NCBI GenBank assembly: GCA_036004845.1
Contig: DASYRA010000001.1
Span: 71,554-135,553 of the forward strand
Reading direction: 5' to 3'
From: Candidatus Limnocylindria bacterium
GTDB lineage: Bacteria; Chloroflexota; Limnocylindria; QHBO01
Length of the DNA stretch: 64,000 nucleotides
The notes under the pieces were generated by a model. The model was given only the letters and a program-made list of their open reading frames with translations. It had not been told where the DNA came from and did not search any database. Below, in pieces: positions 9,524 through 23,120 of this stretch (position 1 is the first letter of the stretch; every line of letters starts with the position of its first letter). The position numbers and the translations under genes were made by a program.

Positions 9524-9984
9524 GCGACTACGAGCTGAGCATCGACGGCAGCGAGGTCCAACCGACGGAGGGCTGGACGCTCACCTGGCTCGACCAAGAC
9601 AGCGGCGTCGCCCGCTTGAGCGACGGGACGCGCTCGGAGGTCTGCCTCGTCGAGGGCTCGGGGGCTGACTGGGTGGTCACCCTTCGCGGGCGCCGCATCC
9701 CCGTCGCGGTGCGGACCTGGCGAGAGCGCGTTCTGGCCGATGCCGAGTCCGCCGCGCGGCGGCACGACGGGCCGATCGAGGTGCTGGCCACCTTGCCCGG
9801 GCTGGTGGTGGCGATCGCGGTCCAGGTGGGGGATGAGGTCTCGCCGGGGGCGAGCCTCCTCACCATCGAGGCGATGAAGATGCAGAACGAGGTTCGTGCG
9901 CCGCAGGCCGGACGCGTCTCGTCCGTCGCCGTCGTCGCCGGCCAGGCGGTTGCCGCTGGCACCCCCCTGCTGCGGATCGAGTAG
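9520..9984 (+). CDS. Biotin carboxyl carrier protein (biotinyl domain at the C-terminus)
   Basis: C-terminal biotin attachment motif LLTIEAMKMQNEVRAPQAGRV. GTG start overlaps the BC stop (GTGA). The track ORF 9472-9984 is the same frame with a longer upstream start. Confidence 0.75.
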   Translation: MSDYELSIDGSEVQPTEGWTLTWLDQDSGVARLSDGTRSEVCLVEGSGADWVVTLRGRRIPVAVRTWRERVLADAESAARRHDGPIEVLATLPGLVVAIAVQVGDEVSPGASLLTIEAMKMQNEVRAPQAGRVSSVAVVAGQAVAAGTPLLRIE

Positions 9985-10017
9985 CGGGTCTTCGCGGCCG
10001 GGCCCGTACAATCGGGC

Positions 10018-11606
<1,589 letters not shown>

Positions 11607-11610
<4 letters not shown>

Positions 11611-12020
11611 CCGGCGCGATCCATCATGTCGCCATCGTGGTGCGCTCGATCGACGAGGCGCTGCCGCGCTATCGGGCGCTCTTCGGCTGGGAGCCGATCG
11701 ACGAGCCGCGTGTCTTCGCCTCCCAGCATGTACGCCTCTGCTTCCTGGCTCCCGGTACGGGGCAGGGCGCGAAGGTCGAGCTGGTGGAGCCGACCGACGA
11801 CGAGAGTGGGGTGGCGCGCTTTCTGGCGACGCGCGGCGAGGGCCTGCACCACGTCTGCCTGACCAGCGACGACCTGGCGGGCGACCTCGATGCGCTGGCG
11901 GCGGCGGAGGCGGAGCTGATCGACCGTGAGCCGCGCCCAGGCGCACATGGGGAGGTCGCGTTCGTCCATCCCCGCAGCCTGAACGGGGTACTCTGGGAGC
12001 TCCTCCAGCTGCCGGAATGA
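11607..12020 (+). CDS. mce: Methylmalonyl-CoA epimerase (VOC family)
   Basis: IHHVAIVVRSIDEALPRYRALFGW...GEGLHHVCLTSDDL is the typical MCE pattern. GTG start overlaps the mutase stop. Confidence 0.75.
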
Positions 12021-12628
12021 AGGACCCCATGAGCGAATCGAACGCTGAGCCAACCCCTCTGCGGATCCCGGACCGCCCGCTCCTGCGTGGGGAGAAGGTC
12101 TGGCTGCGGCCGTTGGAGGGGCGCGACATGCCCGCCTACGCGGCGGGCATCAACGACACCGAGGTTGGTGGCATGGCCGGCTACAGCGCACCGATGAGCC
12201 TGGAGCAGGCGAAGGGCTGGCTTGACCACGTGAACGAGAAGGCGAAGAAGGGGGAGGGCTTCTTCTTCGCGGTCTGCGAGCTGGGCGACGACCGCTTCGT
12301 TGGCACCACCTGGCTGAAGGACGTCAACTACTGGCACGGCAGCAGCGAGCTGGCCATCTACATGGATCGCGACCACATCGGCGCCGGCTTCGGGACCGAT
12401 GCTCAGCGCGTGCTGCTGAACTTCGCCTTCAACGCCGTCGGCCTCAAGCGCGTCTGGCTGACGGTCTACGCCTCGAACGCGCGGGCGATCCGCTCGTACG
12501 AGAAGCTTGGGTTCCGCCAGGAGGGCCTGATGCGCCAGTCATGGCGCGGCCCGAACGGGCTCGAGGATTCGCTGCTGATGGCGATCCTGGCCGACGAGTG
12601 GCAGGCGGCCGACGGGTCGAAGGGCTAG
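12017..12628 (+). CDS. GNAT family N-acetyltransferase (RimJ/RimL-like)
   Basis: Acetyl-CoA binding region [30 protein letters not shown] overlap with mce. Confidence 0.7.
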   Translation: MKDPMSESNAEPTPLRIPDRPLLRGEKVWLRPLEGRDMPAYAAGINDTEVGGMAGYSAPMSLEQAKGWLDHVNEKAKKGEGFFFAVCELGDDRFVGTTWLKDVNYWHGSSELAIYMDRDHIGAGFGTDAQRVLLNFAFNAVGLKRVWLTVYASNARAIRSYEKLGFRQEGLMRQSWRGPNGLEDSLLMAILADEWQAADGSKG

Positions 12629-13499
12629 CGGACTCCCGCCTCCCGCAGCAGGGCGGGGATCCGTGAGGGCGAGTCGGCGACCCGGATGCCCGCCGCCTGC
12701 AGCGCCTGCCGCTTCGACTCGGCCGTGCCCGCGCCGCCCGAGATGATGGCCCCGGCGTGGCCCATGCGACGTCCCGGTGGAGCTGTCCGGCCGGCGATGA
12801 AGGCCGCCACCGGCTTGCGGACCTCTCGGGCACAGTAGTCCGCCGCTCGCTCCTCCTCGTCGCCGCCGATCTCGCCGATGAGCACGATCGCCTCGGTCTC
12901 CGGATCCGCGTTGAACATCCCCAGCACGTCGATGAAGGTCGTGCCCACGATCGGGTCGCCGCCGATGCCGACGCAGGTCGTCTGCCCGACCCCGGCATCG
13001 GTCATCGCCTGGACGACCTCGTAGGTCAGGGTGCCCGAGCGGCTGACCAGGCCGACCGGCCCGGGCCGATGGATGTCGCCGGGGATGATCCCCACCTTAG
13101 CGCCGCCCACCGTCGTCGCGCCGGGGCAGTTCGGGCCGATCAGCCGCACCCCCTGCGAGCGCAGCACGTGATGCACCCGCAGCATGTCGAGCGCGGGGAT
13201 CCCCTCGGTGATGCAGATCACCAGCGGTATCCCCGCATCCGCCGCCTCGAGGATGGCATCGGGGGCAAAGGCGGCCGGCACGAAGATGCAGGCGGCGTCG
13301 GCGCCGGTCTGCGTCACCGCGTCCGCAACGGTGTCGAAGACGGGCACCCGTCCGTCGACCGCTGCCTGGCCTCCCTTGCCGGGCGTCACCCCGGCCACGA
13401 TCTGCGTCCCGAACTCGAGCATCGCCCTCGAGTGGAACTCGCCCTCCCGCCCAGTGATGCCCTGCACCAGCAGGCGCGTCTCGGAGCCGACCAGGATGC

Positions 13500-13503
<4 letters not shown>
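12625..13503 (-). CDS. sucD: Succinyl-CoA synthetase alpha subunit
   Basis: [21 protein letters not shown], phosphohistidine loop [10 protein letters not shown]. Confidence 0.9.
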
Positions 13504-14645
<1,142 letters not shown>

Positions 14646-14736
14646 TCCTGCGGGCAGAACGGGTGGTCACCCATCAGCCTACACTTGCGATCCCTAGCGT
14701 CGGCGCTGTGACCGGCGCGCACCGGAGACTGAGTCC

Positions 14737-15747
<1,011 letters not shown>

Positions 15748-15754
15748 CCAGTTC

Positions 15755-16123
15755 ATGTTCCGCTATCGGATCAGCTGGTCACAGCTGGCCTGGTTGGGGC
15801 ACCGCCTTTCGGGGATCGGCGTCCTCGTCTACCTCTTCACGCACATCGTCGAGAACGCCACGCTCGCCTTCGGACCTGACGTCTACGACACCACCCAGAC
15901 CTGGTTCCACAACCTGCCGGTGCGCCTCGGCGAGATCGTGCTGATGGCGGCACTCGTCTACCACTCGCTCAACGGGCTGCGCGTCATCGCCATGGACTTC
16001 TGGCCGGCGACGACCGCCTGGTATCGGCCGGTGACCTACGCGGTCATCGTCGGCACGATCGCGGCCATGATCCCGCTGGGCCTGATCATGATCACCCCCT
16101 ACGCGCCATGGAACGGCCGCTGA
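15755..16123 (+). CDS. sdhC: Succinate dehydrogenase cytochrome b556 subunit
   Basis: 3-TM protein with the His ligand context [14 protein letters not shown]. Confidence 0.75.
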   Translation: MFRYRISWSQLAWLGHRLSGIGVLVYLFTHIVENATLAFGPDVYDTTQTWFHNLPVRLGEIVLMAALVYHSLNGLRVIAMDFWPATTAWYRPVTYAVIVGTIAAMIPLGLIMITPYAPWNGR

Positions 16124-16584
16124 TGGCGATCGGGCGAACGATCTGGCCGGTCCAGGGCGACCCGCTGCGACGCAATCCGTCGCGCGCGGCCCGCCCACGC
16201 CCGTCCGAGCCGGGGTTCGAGCGGTTCCTGTGGTACTTCATGCGCATCAGCGGCCTGCTGCTGGTGATCCTGGCGATGGGCCACATGCTCATCATGCATG
16301 TCCTGGTGCAGCTGACCGGCCAGGAGATCAACTACCTCTTCGTGACGAGCCGATGGGGCACCCCCTTCTGGCGCATCTACGACCTCCTCCTGCTGGTCCT
16401 GGCGCTGTTGCACGGCGTGAACGGAGCCCGGATCATCATCAGCGACTACATCGAGCGTGGCGGGCTGCGCACCCTGTTGATCGGGATCCTGCTGGCGATC
16501 ACCTTCGTCTGGCTGCTGCTCGGCATCTTCGTGATCGTCACCTTCGATCCCGTTGGCGCCCCGGCCATCGGGCCCTTCTCGTGA
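16108..16584 (+). CDS. sdhD: Succinate dehydrogenase hydrophobic membrane anchor subunit
   Basis: 3 TM helices ([20 protein letters not shown]...). Start is ATG 16108 (16-nt overlap) or ATG about 16123. Confidence 0.7.
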   Translation: MERPLMAIGRTIWPVQGDPLRRNPSRAARPRPSEPGFERFLWYFMRISGLLLVILAMGHMLIMHVLVQLTGQEINYLFVTSRWGTPFWRIYDLLLLVLALLHGVNGARIIISDYIERGGLRTLLIGILLAITFVWLLLGIFVIVTFDPVGAPAIGPFS

Positions 16585-18374
16585 GCCTGGTCGCCCGGCG
16601 CGAGCCCAGTCGTGCGCGGCCGCGGACGCACGACCTGGATGCGGTGGTGGTCGGCGCCGGAGGGGCGGGCCTCTACGCCGCCCTGGAGCTGAAGCGCGAC
16701 CTGGGGCCGGAGGCCCGCATCGGCGTCATCAGCAAGCTCTATCCGTCCCGCTCCCACACCGGTGCAGCCCAGGGTGGGGTGTGCGCCGCGCTCGGCAACA
16801 CCGAGGAGGACAACTGGGAGTGGCACTGGTTCGACACCGTCAAGGGGGGCGACTACCTGGTCGACCAGGACGCGGCGGAGGTGATGTGCCACGACGCCGT
16901 CGAGACGGTCATCAACCTCGAGCACCTGGGCCTGCCGTTTAACCGCACGCCCGAGGGCCTGATCGACCAGCGCCGATTCGGCGGCCACACCCGCAACTAC
17001 GGCGAGGGACCGGTGCGCCGGGCCTGCTACGCCGCGGACCGCACCGGGCACCACATCCTGCAGACCCTCTACGAGCAGTGCATCCGGCACGACGTCCTCT
17101 TCTACGACGAGTACCAGGTACTCGACCTGGCCATGCCAGCCGGAGCAGACGGCCCGGTCAGCGGGGTGATCGCGCTGCAGCTGTCGAGCGGCGAGGTCCA
17201 CTCGTTTCGGGCCAGGGCCGTCCTTTTCGCAACCGGCGGCTTCGGCAAGATGTTCAAGGTGACCAGCAACGCGCACACCCTGACCGGCGACGGGGTGGCG
17301 ATCGCCTACCGGCGCGGCCTGCCGCTGGAGGACATGGAGTTCTTCCAGTTCCACCCGACCGGGATGTACAAGCTCGGCTTCCTCCTGTCAGAGGCGATGC
17401 GCGGCGAGGGGGGCTTCCTGGTCAATGGCAATGGAGAGCGCTTCATGGAGCGCTACGCGCCGACGATGAAGGACCTGGCCAGCCGCGACGTGGTGAGTCG
17501 CAGCATCTACCAGGAGGTCGCCGCCGGGCGTGGGGTGGGCGGCAAGGACTTCGTGCACCTCGACGTTCGCCACCTGGGCGCCAAGGTGCTGAATGAGAAG
17601 CTGCCCGACATGAGCGGGTTCATCCGGACCTACTTCGGGATCGAGCCGCTGACCGACCTGGTGCCGATCCAACCGACCGCGCATTACGCCATGGGCGGGA
17701 TCCCCACCGACGTCGACGGTCGGGTCCTGGCCGATGAGACCGGGCGCCTGGTGCCCGGCTTCTACGCGGCGGGGGAGTGCGCGTGCGTGAGCGTTCATGG
17801 TGCGAATCGGCTCGGGACCAACTCGCTGCTCGACATCCTCGTCTTCGGGCGGCGGGCCGGGATCGCCATGGCCGACGAGGTACGGCGTGCGCCGGAGCCG
17901 GAGGCGGACGCCCGCGCCGAAGCCTCCGTCACCGATGCGATCGAGGAGCTGCTGGCGCGCTCCGACGGCGAGCGCCCCGCCGTCATCCGCGAGGAGCTGC
18001 AAGAGACGATGTTCGCGAAGTGCAGCGTCTATCGCTCGGCCGCGGTGCTGGCGCAGGCGGCGGACGAGGTTGACGCGCTGCGCGTCCGCGCGCGCCAGCT
18101 GGTGGTGCAGGACAAGGGACGGCGTTACAACACGGACCTCGGCGAGGCGCTCGAGCTGGGATTTCTGCTCGACTGCGCCGAGGCGACCGTGTCGTCGGCC
18201 GTGGCACGCACCGAGAGTCGCGGCGCGCACGCGCGCGAGGACTACCCCGAGCGCGACGACGCCAACTGGCTGAAGCACACCTTCGCCTTTCGATGGTCCG
18301 ATGGAGCTCCGCCGCGGCTCGCGTACCGGCCGGCGACCATCACCCGCTTCGAACCGAAGCCGCGGACCTACTGA
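16581..18374 (+). CDS. sdhA: Succinate dehydrogenase flavoprotein subunit
   Basis: [15 protein letters not shown], covalent-FAD His in [20 protein letters not shown]. The track ORF starts at 16230; an in-frame GTG at 16581 overlaps the sdhD stop (GTGA). Confidence 0.9.
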   Translation: MSLVARREPSRARPRTHDLDAVVVGAGGAGLYAALELKRDLGPEARIGVISKLYPSRSHTGAAQGGVCAALGNTEEDNWEWHWFDTVKGGDYLVDQDAAEVMCHDAVETVINLEHLGLPFNRTPEGLIDQRRFGGHTRNYGEGPVRRACYAADRTGHHILQTLYEQCIRHDVLFYDEYQVLDLAMPAGADGPVSGVIALQLSSGEVHSFRARAVLFATGGFGKMFKVTSNAHTLTGDGVAIAYRRGLPLEDMEFFQFHPTGMYKLGFLLSEAMRGEGGFLVNGNGERFMERYAPTMKDLASRDVVSRSIYQEVAAGRGVGGKDFVHLDVRHLGAKVLNEKLPDMSGFIRTYFGIEPLTDLVPIQPTAHYAMGGIPTDVDGRVLADETGRLVPGFYAAGECACVSVHGANRLGTNSLLDILVFGRRAGIAMADEVRRAPEPEADARAEASVTDAIEELLARSDGERPAVIREELQETMFAKCSVYRSAAVLAQAADEVDALRVRARQLVVQDKGRRYNTDLGEALELGFLLDCAEATVSSAVARTESRGAHAREDYPERDDANWLKHTFAFRWSDGAPPRLAYRPATITRFEPKPRTY

Positions 18375-18377
18375 CCG

Positions 18378-19079
18378 ATGGACGTGCAGCTGCGGATCCT
18401 TCGCTTCGACCCCGAGCGGGACGCCCTCCCGCACTGGGAGGAGTACGCCGTTGCGGCCGATCCCTCGGACCGGGTCCTCGACCTCCTGCACCAGGTCAAG
18501 TGGTACCAGGACGGCACCCTCACCTTCCGGCGGTCGTGCGCGCATGGGGTCTGCGGCTCCGATGCGATGCTCATCAACGGGCGCAATCGACTGGCGTGCG
18601 AATACCTCGTCAAGGACGCCGGGCGCAGCATCAGCGTGGAGCCGGTGCCTGGCTCGCGGGTCATCAAGGACCTGCTGATCGATCTCGAGGGATTCTGGGA
18701 GAAGTACCGCTCCGTGATGCCGTACCTCGTCAACGACGAGGTGCCGGATGACGGGAAGGAGCGGCGTCAGTCCCCCGAGGAGCGGGAGCGCTTCGACGAC
18801 ACCAGCAAGTGCATCCTGTGCGGCGCCTGCACCACCGCCTGCCCCTCGTTCTGGGCCAACCCTGACTACGTTGGGCCGGCCGCGATCGTCAACGCACATC
18901 GGTTCATCTTCGACAGCCGCGACCATGCGACCGAGGAGCGGCTCGAGATCATGGCCGATGCCGACGGGGTCTGGCGCTGCCGGACGATCTTCAACTGCGT
19001 GGAGGCCTGCCCCCGCGGCATCAACATCACGCGCGCGATCATGGAAGTCACTCGCCAGATCGAATCGCGCCGTACGTGA
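18378..19079 (+). CDS. sdhB: Succinate dehydrogenase iron-sulfur subunit
   Basis: 2Fe-2S (CAHGVCGSDAMLINGRNRLAC) and 4Fe-4S (CILCGACTTACPS...CVEACPRGI) motifs. Confidence 0.9.
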   Translation: MDVQLRILRFDPERDALPHWEEYAVAADPSDRVLDLLHQVKWYQDGTLTFRRSCAHGVCGSDAMLINGRNRLACEYLVKDAGRSISVEPVPGSRVIKDLLIDLEGFWEKYRSVMPYLVNDEVPDDGKERRQSPEERERFDDTSKCILCGACTTACPSFWANPDYVGPAAIVNAHRFIFDSRDHATEERLEIMADADGVWRCRTIFNCVEACPRGINITRAIMEVTRQIESRRT

Positions 19080-19501
19080 GCGCTGACGCCTCGTCCCGAC
19101 GCCTCCTGATCTACACCGATGGCGCCGCTCGCGGCAACCCCGGCCTCGCCGGGCTGGGCGCGATCCTTCGCGACGCCGGGACCGGCGAGGTGCTGGCCGA
19201 GCTGGCCCGCTTCCTGGGCGTGCGCACCAACAACTACGCCGAGTGGACCGCCGTGGAGGACGCCCTTCGCGAGGCCCGCCGCCTGGGCGCGACGCACGTC
19301 GACCTGCGCATGGATTCTGAGCTCGTCGCACGCCAGATCAGCGGCCGATACCGCGTCAAGCATCCGGATCTCAAGCCGATCCACGCCAGCGTGATGGCGC
19401 TGCTCGGTGAGCTCAGCAGCTACACCGTCGGCCACGTGCCGCGCGAGCTGAACAAGGACGCAGATCACCTCTCGAACGTGGCGATCGACGAGCGGCGATA
19501 G
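19076..19501 (+). CDS. rnhA: Ribonuclease HI-like (RNase H fold, archaeal/actinobacterial type)
   Basis: DEDD residues in context: IYTDGAARGNPG, NNYAEWTAV, HVDLRMDSELV, KDADHLSN. Confidence 0.75.
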   Translation: MSADASSRRLLIYTDGAARGNPGLAGLGAILRDAGTGEVLAELARFLGVRTNNYAEWTAVEDALREARRLGATHVDLRMDSELVARQISGRYRVKHPDLKPIHASVMALLGELSSYTVGHVPRELNKDADHLSNVAIDERR

Positions 19502-19508
19502 AATGCTC

Positions 19509-19836
19509 ATCCCTGGAGGCGGCCGGACGGCCGCGGGCGCGATCGTCGAAAGGCGGCGCTCGAGGAAAGTCCGAGCTCCATAGAGCAGGTTCGCGGGTAA
19601 CGCCCGTCCGCCGCGAGGCGAGGACCAGCGCCACAGTGACGATGCCCGCAGCAATGCGGGAGTGAAACGCGGCAAGCTCGAGCCGGAGCAAGACCGAATA
19701 GGAGGGCGCAAGGCGGCGTTCGCGCCGCAGCAGGCTGCTCGCTCAGCCCTCGGGTAGGTCGCTCAGATGGATGGCCGTCGCGGCGCCGCAGGGCGCCGGC
19801 ACAGAACTCGGCTTACAGGCCGCTCTCCAGGGATTC
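19509..19836 (+). ncRNA. rnpB: RNase P RNA (bacterial type A), compact at about 330 nt
   Basis: Universal P4/CR-I sequence GAGGAAAGTCCGAGCTCCATAGAGCAGG, 3' CR-V ACAGAACTCGGCTTACAGGCC. P1 pairing CCCTGGAGGCGGCC...GGCCGCTCTCCAGGG delimits the ends. It begins within about 10 nt of the rnhA stop. Confidence 0.85.
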
Positions 19837-19857
19837 CTCTCGCGGCCTGACCCCGCG

Positions 19858-20094
19858 TCAGTCCTCGTCGACCCGCCAGATGGTCGTCGCCGTGCAGGCG
19901 TTGCAGATGGGGCGCGCCTCGTCCATCGTCCCCAGCGGGAGGGGGTGATCGAGGCCGCCGAGGAGGCAGTCGACCTGGACCCGCGGACCGTCTCCGGCGG
20001 GGAGGATCGAGACGTGACGCACGCGGCAGCGGCGGATGCGTCCCTGGCGGGGGATCGGAATCCGCGCGCTTGACCCGAGCTTCTCGACCGCCAT
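19858..20094 (-). CDS. Small Cys-containing hypothetical protein (78 aa), possible zinc ribbon
   Basis: High GC3, protein-like composition with 4 Cys including CNAC. Divergent from the 20239 gene. Confidence 0.45.
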   Translation of the reverse strand: MAVEKLGSSARIPIPRQGRIRRCRVRHVSILPAGDGPRVQVDCLLGGLDHPLPLGTMDEARPICNACTATTIWRVDED

Positions 20095-20238
20095 GCGTCG
20101 ACCTTCCCCTCGGTGACCGGGGTGGCGTTGAACCGGTCGTCGTCCAGCCTAGGTTCGGTGCGTGCGGGACCTCAATGACGCGTTCGTACCATCGAGCTCC
20201 CTGCAACGCGCCCCGGCCGCGGGCCGCGCTACACTCGA

Positions 20239-21213
20239 TTGGGGGTAGGGCGGTCACAGCACGGAACGAGACGAGGTCGCCAGGCATTGTTCGGGCGTCG
20301 AAGCCGGGAGAGCCGCGAGGCGGCGGATCGGGAGCAGAGCAGGCGCGCCCTGTTCGAGGAGCTGGCCAAGCGGCCTCCCGACATCTGCCCGTTCCTCGGC
20401 CTTGCCACCTCCCAGACCGAGTATCACGAAGGGTTCACCCGTGAGCATCGCTGCTACGCGTTCGGTGATCCGGTCGAGCTCTCGGCCGAGCAGCAGGAGC
20501 GCGTCTGCCTGGGGCGCGGCTACGGGAACTGCCCTCGCTACCTGCGCGGCGTGCTGGTCATCCCGACCGACGAGCTCGAGGCTCTGCGCCGACCGCTGCC
20601 GCCGGTCACCCCACCGGCTCCGCCGGTCACTCCGCCGCCCGCCGCCGCCCGCGCCGGCGGCCAGAGTGGTCGTCGCCGCGGTCTGTCGCTCCTGATCGGG
20701 GCGATCCTCCTGCTGGCGGTGGGCGGAACGGTCGGCGCCCTTGTCCTCTTCCGGGGACCCGGGGTCGGCATCATTCCGAGCCCTTCCGCGTCGCCCAGCG
20801 CGACGCCGAACGCCAGCGCCTCGATCGCGGCAAGCGGTGAGCCGTCGGCCTCCCCGCAGCCGAGCAACCAGACACCCTTCCCCGAGACCCCCAAGCCGGA
20901 CCCGACGCCGCAACCGGGCGACACTTTCCAGGGATATGAGGTGACCGTCCTCGAGGGCGAGAACACGCTCTTCGAGGTCGACTCCGACGGCAACATCGTC
21001 CGCGAGGAGATCGCGCACTTCAGCCGATTCTCGAAGGCGCCGGTGGATCGGATCCTGGCACCCAACGGCCTCCTCCACTGGCGAACGAGTGACGGGTTCT
21101 TCACCGGACTCTCGTACATCCACGAACAGTCCGGCGCCTTCCTGATCCGGGCGGTCTACAAGGGCTCAGACGGGGAGCTGCGCTACATCGTCCTCGACGA
21201 CGAGGACGTCTAG
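20239..21213 (+). CDS. Bitopic membrane protein: Cys4 cytoplasmic N-domain, one TM, Pro/Ser/Thr-rich linker, about 110-aa C-terminal globular domain
   Basis: N-domain DICPFLG...HRCYAFG...VCLGRGYGNCPRYL; TM LSLLIGAILLLAVGGTVGALVLF; linker SPSASPSATPNASASIAASGEPSASPQPSNQTPFPETPKPDPTPQPG. The exact start is uncertain. Confidence 0.55.
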   Translation: MGVGRSQHGTRRGRQALFGRRSRESREAADREQSRRALFEELAKRPPDICPFLGLATSQTEYHEGFTREHRCYAFGDPVELSAEQQERVCLGRGYGNCPRYLRGVLVIPTDELEALRRPLPPVTPPAPPVTPPPAAARAGGQSGRRRGLSLLIGAILLLAVGGTVGALVLFRGPGVGIIPSPSASPSATPNASASIAASGEPSASPQPSNQTPFPETPKPDPTPQPGDTFQGYEVTVLEGENTLFEVDSDGNIVREEIAHFSRFSKAPVDRILAPNGLLHWRTSDGFFTGLSYIHEQSGAFLIRAVYKGSDGELRYIVLDDEDV

Positions 21214-21313
21214 CCCCCCGCCATCTCCGGCCCTCGGCCCGCGAGGCGCCACCCGCTCCAGGCAGCCCCAGGTCCCAGGACCATCGTCCGGTCAATTTCG
21301 CTGCAAAAATCCC

Positions 21314-21341
21314 TTGACGGCGCCCTGCTCGCCTGTACAAT
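21314..21341 (+). promoter_or_regulatory. Sigma-70-type promoter of the division/cell-wall cluster (Pmra): -35 TTGACG, 16-nt spacer, -10 TACAAT
   Basis: Near-consensus hexamers 55-80 nt upstream of the mraZ ATG. Confidence 0.6.
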
Positions 21342-21350
21342 GGCGCCCGG

Positions 21351-21385
21351 TGGCCCAAAGTGGGGATAAATGGGGAGTAGTGGTA
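21351..21385 (+). promoter_or_regulatory. Four direct TGGnn repeats (TGGCC, TGGGG, TGGGG, TGGTA) phased at exactly 10 bp; putative MraZ operator
   Basis: MraZ is known to bind 10-bp-phased GTGG(G/T) direct repeats just downstream of Pmra. The repeats sit between the -10 and the mraZ ATG. Confidence 0.55.
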
Positions 21386-21395
21386 GAACCCTCGC

Positions 21396-21842
21396 ATGCA
21401 GTCCTCGTTCCTGACAGGCGAATTCCGGCACACGCTCGACGACCGCAGTCGTGTCGCGGTCCCCGTGCGCTTTCGAGGGCGCCTGGCTCAGGGAGCGACG
21501 CTCGCCCGCTGGCTCGACAACTGCCTCGGCCTCTTCCCGCACGACGCGTGGGACGAGCTCGCCGGGAAGATCTCGGCCCTGCCATTGACCAACCCGCGCG
21601 CCCGCGAGTTCGCGCGCTTCATGTCATCGGGTGCAGTCGAGGTCGAGCTCGACAAGCAGGGTCGGATCCTCGTCCCGGGCTATCTGCGCGAGTACGCCGG
21701 CCTCTCCGACGGGGAGGTGGTGGTCGTGGGGGCGCTCAACCGACTCGAGATCTGGGCGCCGGCGGCCTGGCTGCCATACCGCTCCAAGATCGAGGACGAG
21801 CCGGAGGCGCTCGCCGAACACCTGGCTGACCTCGGAATCTGA
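21396..21842 (+). CDS. mraZ: Transcriptional regulator MraZ
   Basis: Tandem MraZ (SpoVT/AbrB-like) halves; DDRSRVAVPVRFRG and DKQGRILVPGYLRE. Confidence 0.9.
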   Translation: MQSSFLTGEFRHTLDDRSRVAVPVRFRGRLAQGATLARWLDNCLGLFPHDAWDELAGKISALPLTNPRAREFARFMSSGAVEVELDKQGRILVPGYLREYAGLSDGEVVVVGALNRLEIWAPAAWLPYRSKIEDEPEALAEHLADLGI

Positions 21843-21922
21843 GGACGCGACGCCATGACGCACGCCGCGACCCCTCCATTGATGCGTCTCCGGGCCGATC
21901 GGCCCGCCGTCCGACCAGAAAG

Positions 21923-22888
21923 GTGCGACCGCGAATGGGAGAAGGGCACCTGCCGGTCCTCGTCGACGAGGTTCTTGCCTCGTTGGCGGTGGCTCCCGGC
22001 AGCTCCATCGCAGACTGCACGGTCGGCGGCGGTGGGCACGCCGAACGGCTCTTGGAGGCCTCGTCTCCGGATGGCCGCCTGCTCGGCCTCGATGCCGATC
22101 GGGCGGCCATCCTGGAGACGCAACGATCCCTGGCGCGCTTCGGCGATCGGGTCATCCTCCGCCAGGCGAACTTCTCGGCCATCTACGACGAGGCCGCGGC
22201 GGCAGGGCTCATCCCCCTCGATGCCGTCCTCTTCGACCTCGGCCTCTCGAGCTATCAGCTGGCCGATCCTCGACGCGGATTCAGCTTTGCGGCCGATGCG
22301 CCGCCGGACATGAGATTCGATGAAGATCGTGGTCTATCGGCCCTCGACCTCATCGACCGATCGTCGCAGCGAGAGCTCGCCGGAATCCTCGCGACGTTTG
22401 GTGAAGAACGCCGTGCTGGCCGCATCGCGTCGGCGATCCTGGCGGCGCGTGCGGAGGGGCGGCTCGTGACCGCCGCCGACCTGGCGCAGGTCGTGACCGC
22501 CGCCGTCCCCGCCAGCCGTGCCGATGCCGGCCGCATCCACCCCGCCACGCGCACCTTCCAGGCACTCCGCATCGCCGTCAACCGCGAGCTCGAGGTGCTT
22601 CCGGGCGCGCTGGCCGGGGCGCTCGCCGCGCTGCGCCCGGGAGGCCGGCTGGCCGTCATCAGCTACCACTCCGGCGAGGATCGGATCGTGAAGCGCTTCA
22701 TGGCTCGCGAGAGCCGTGACTGCGTGGAGGAGCCCCTCCCGCCCGTCTGCCTGTGCGGCCATCGCGCGCAGCTCCGTCCCATCGTCAGGAGGGGCATCAC
22801 GCCGACCGCCGCCGAGGTGAGTCGGAATCGTCGAGCTCGCAGCGCACGCCTGCGGGCCGCCATCAAGCTCGCGCCGGCCGGCGCGTGA
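21923..22888 (+). CDS. rsmH: 16S rRNA (cytosine1402-N4)-methyltransferase RsmH/MraW
   Basis: HLPVLVDEVL, DCTVGGGGHAERLL, DLGLSSYQLADPRRGFSF. Start is GTG 21923 or ATG 21935. Confidence 0.9.
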   Translation: MRPRMGEGHLPVLVDEVLASLAVAPGSSIADCTVGGGGHAERLLEASSPDGRLLGLDADRAAILETQRSLARFGDRVILRQANFSAIYDEAAAAGLIPLDAVLFDLGLSSYQLADPRRGFSFAADAPPDMRFDEDRGLSALDLIDRSSQRELAGILATFGEERRAGRIASAILAARAEGRLVTAADLAQVVTAAVPASRADAGRIHPATRTFQALRIAVNRELEVLPGALAGALAALRPGGRLAVISYHSGEDRIVKRFMARESRDCVEEPLPPVCLCGHRAQLRPIVRRGITPTAAEVSRNRRARSARLRAAIKLAPAGA

Positions 22889-22910
22889 GAAAGCTGGAGG
22901 AGGGTTACCC

Positions 22911-23120
22911 ATGAGCCGAGGACGGCCCCGTCATCAATCCAGTCGCCGACGCATGTACAGCGGCCGCCAGCGCGACCTGCGCGAGCGGCGCTCACACCAG
23001 GAATGGGATGCGCCTGGAGGCCTCGACCATGACGGCGCGCTCGAGACCGATGACGCTCGTGAGGTCGAGTCGCCACGGCCGTGGACCGTTCAGCTCCATG
23101 CGCGGGCCGGCGCGGCCTAG
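22911..23120 (+). CDS. Arg-rich 69-aa ORF with a strong RBS, in the same frame as the downstream ftsL-like ORF and separated from it only by a TAG
   Basis: GGAGGAGGG lies 7 nt upstream of ATG 22911. TAG at 23118-23120 is followed directly by ATG 23121 in frame 0. Confidence 0.35.
   Translation: MSRGRPRHQSSRRRMYSGRQRDLRERRSHQEWDAPGGLDHDGALETDDAREVESPRPWTVQLHARAGAA

Noticed and set aside
12625-12628. 4-nt convergent overlap of the GNAT gene and sucD (CTAG)
   Set aside because: A trivial palindromic stop/stop overlap (TAG on one strand, CTA complement on the other); no functional implication.
22911-23120. Treating the Arg-rich 22911 ORF as pure antisense or GC noise
   Set aside because: Not dismissed, because it has one of the strongest RBSs in the window and lies exactly where the FtsL N-terminus should be. 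It is retained as a low-confidence CDS and a finding.
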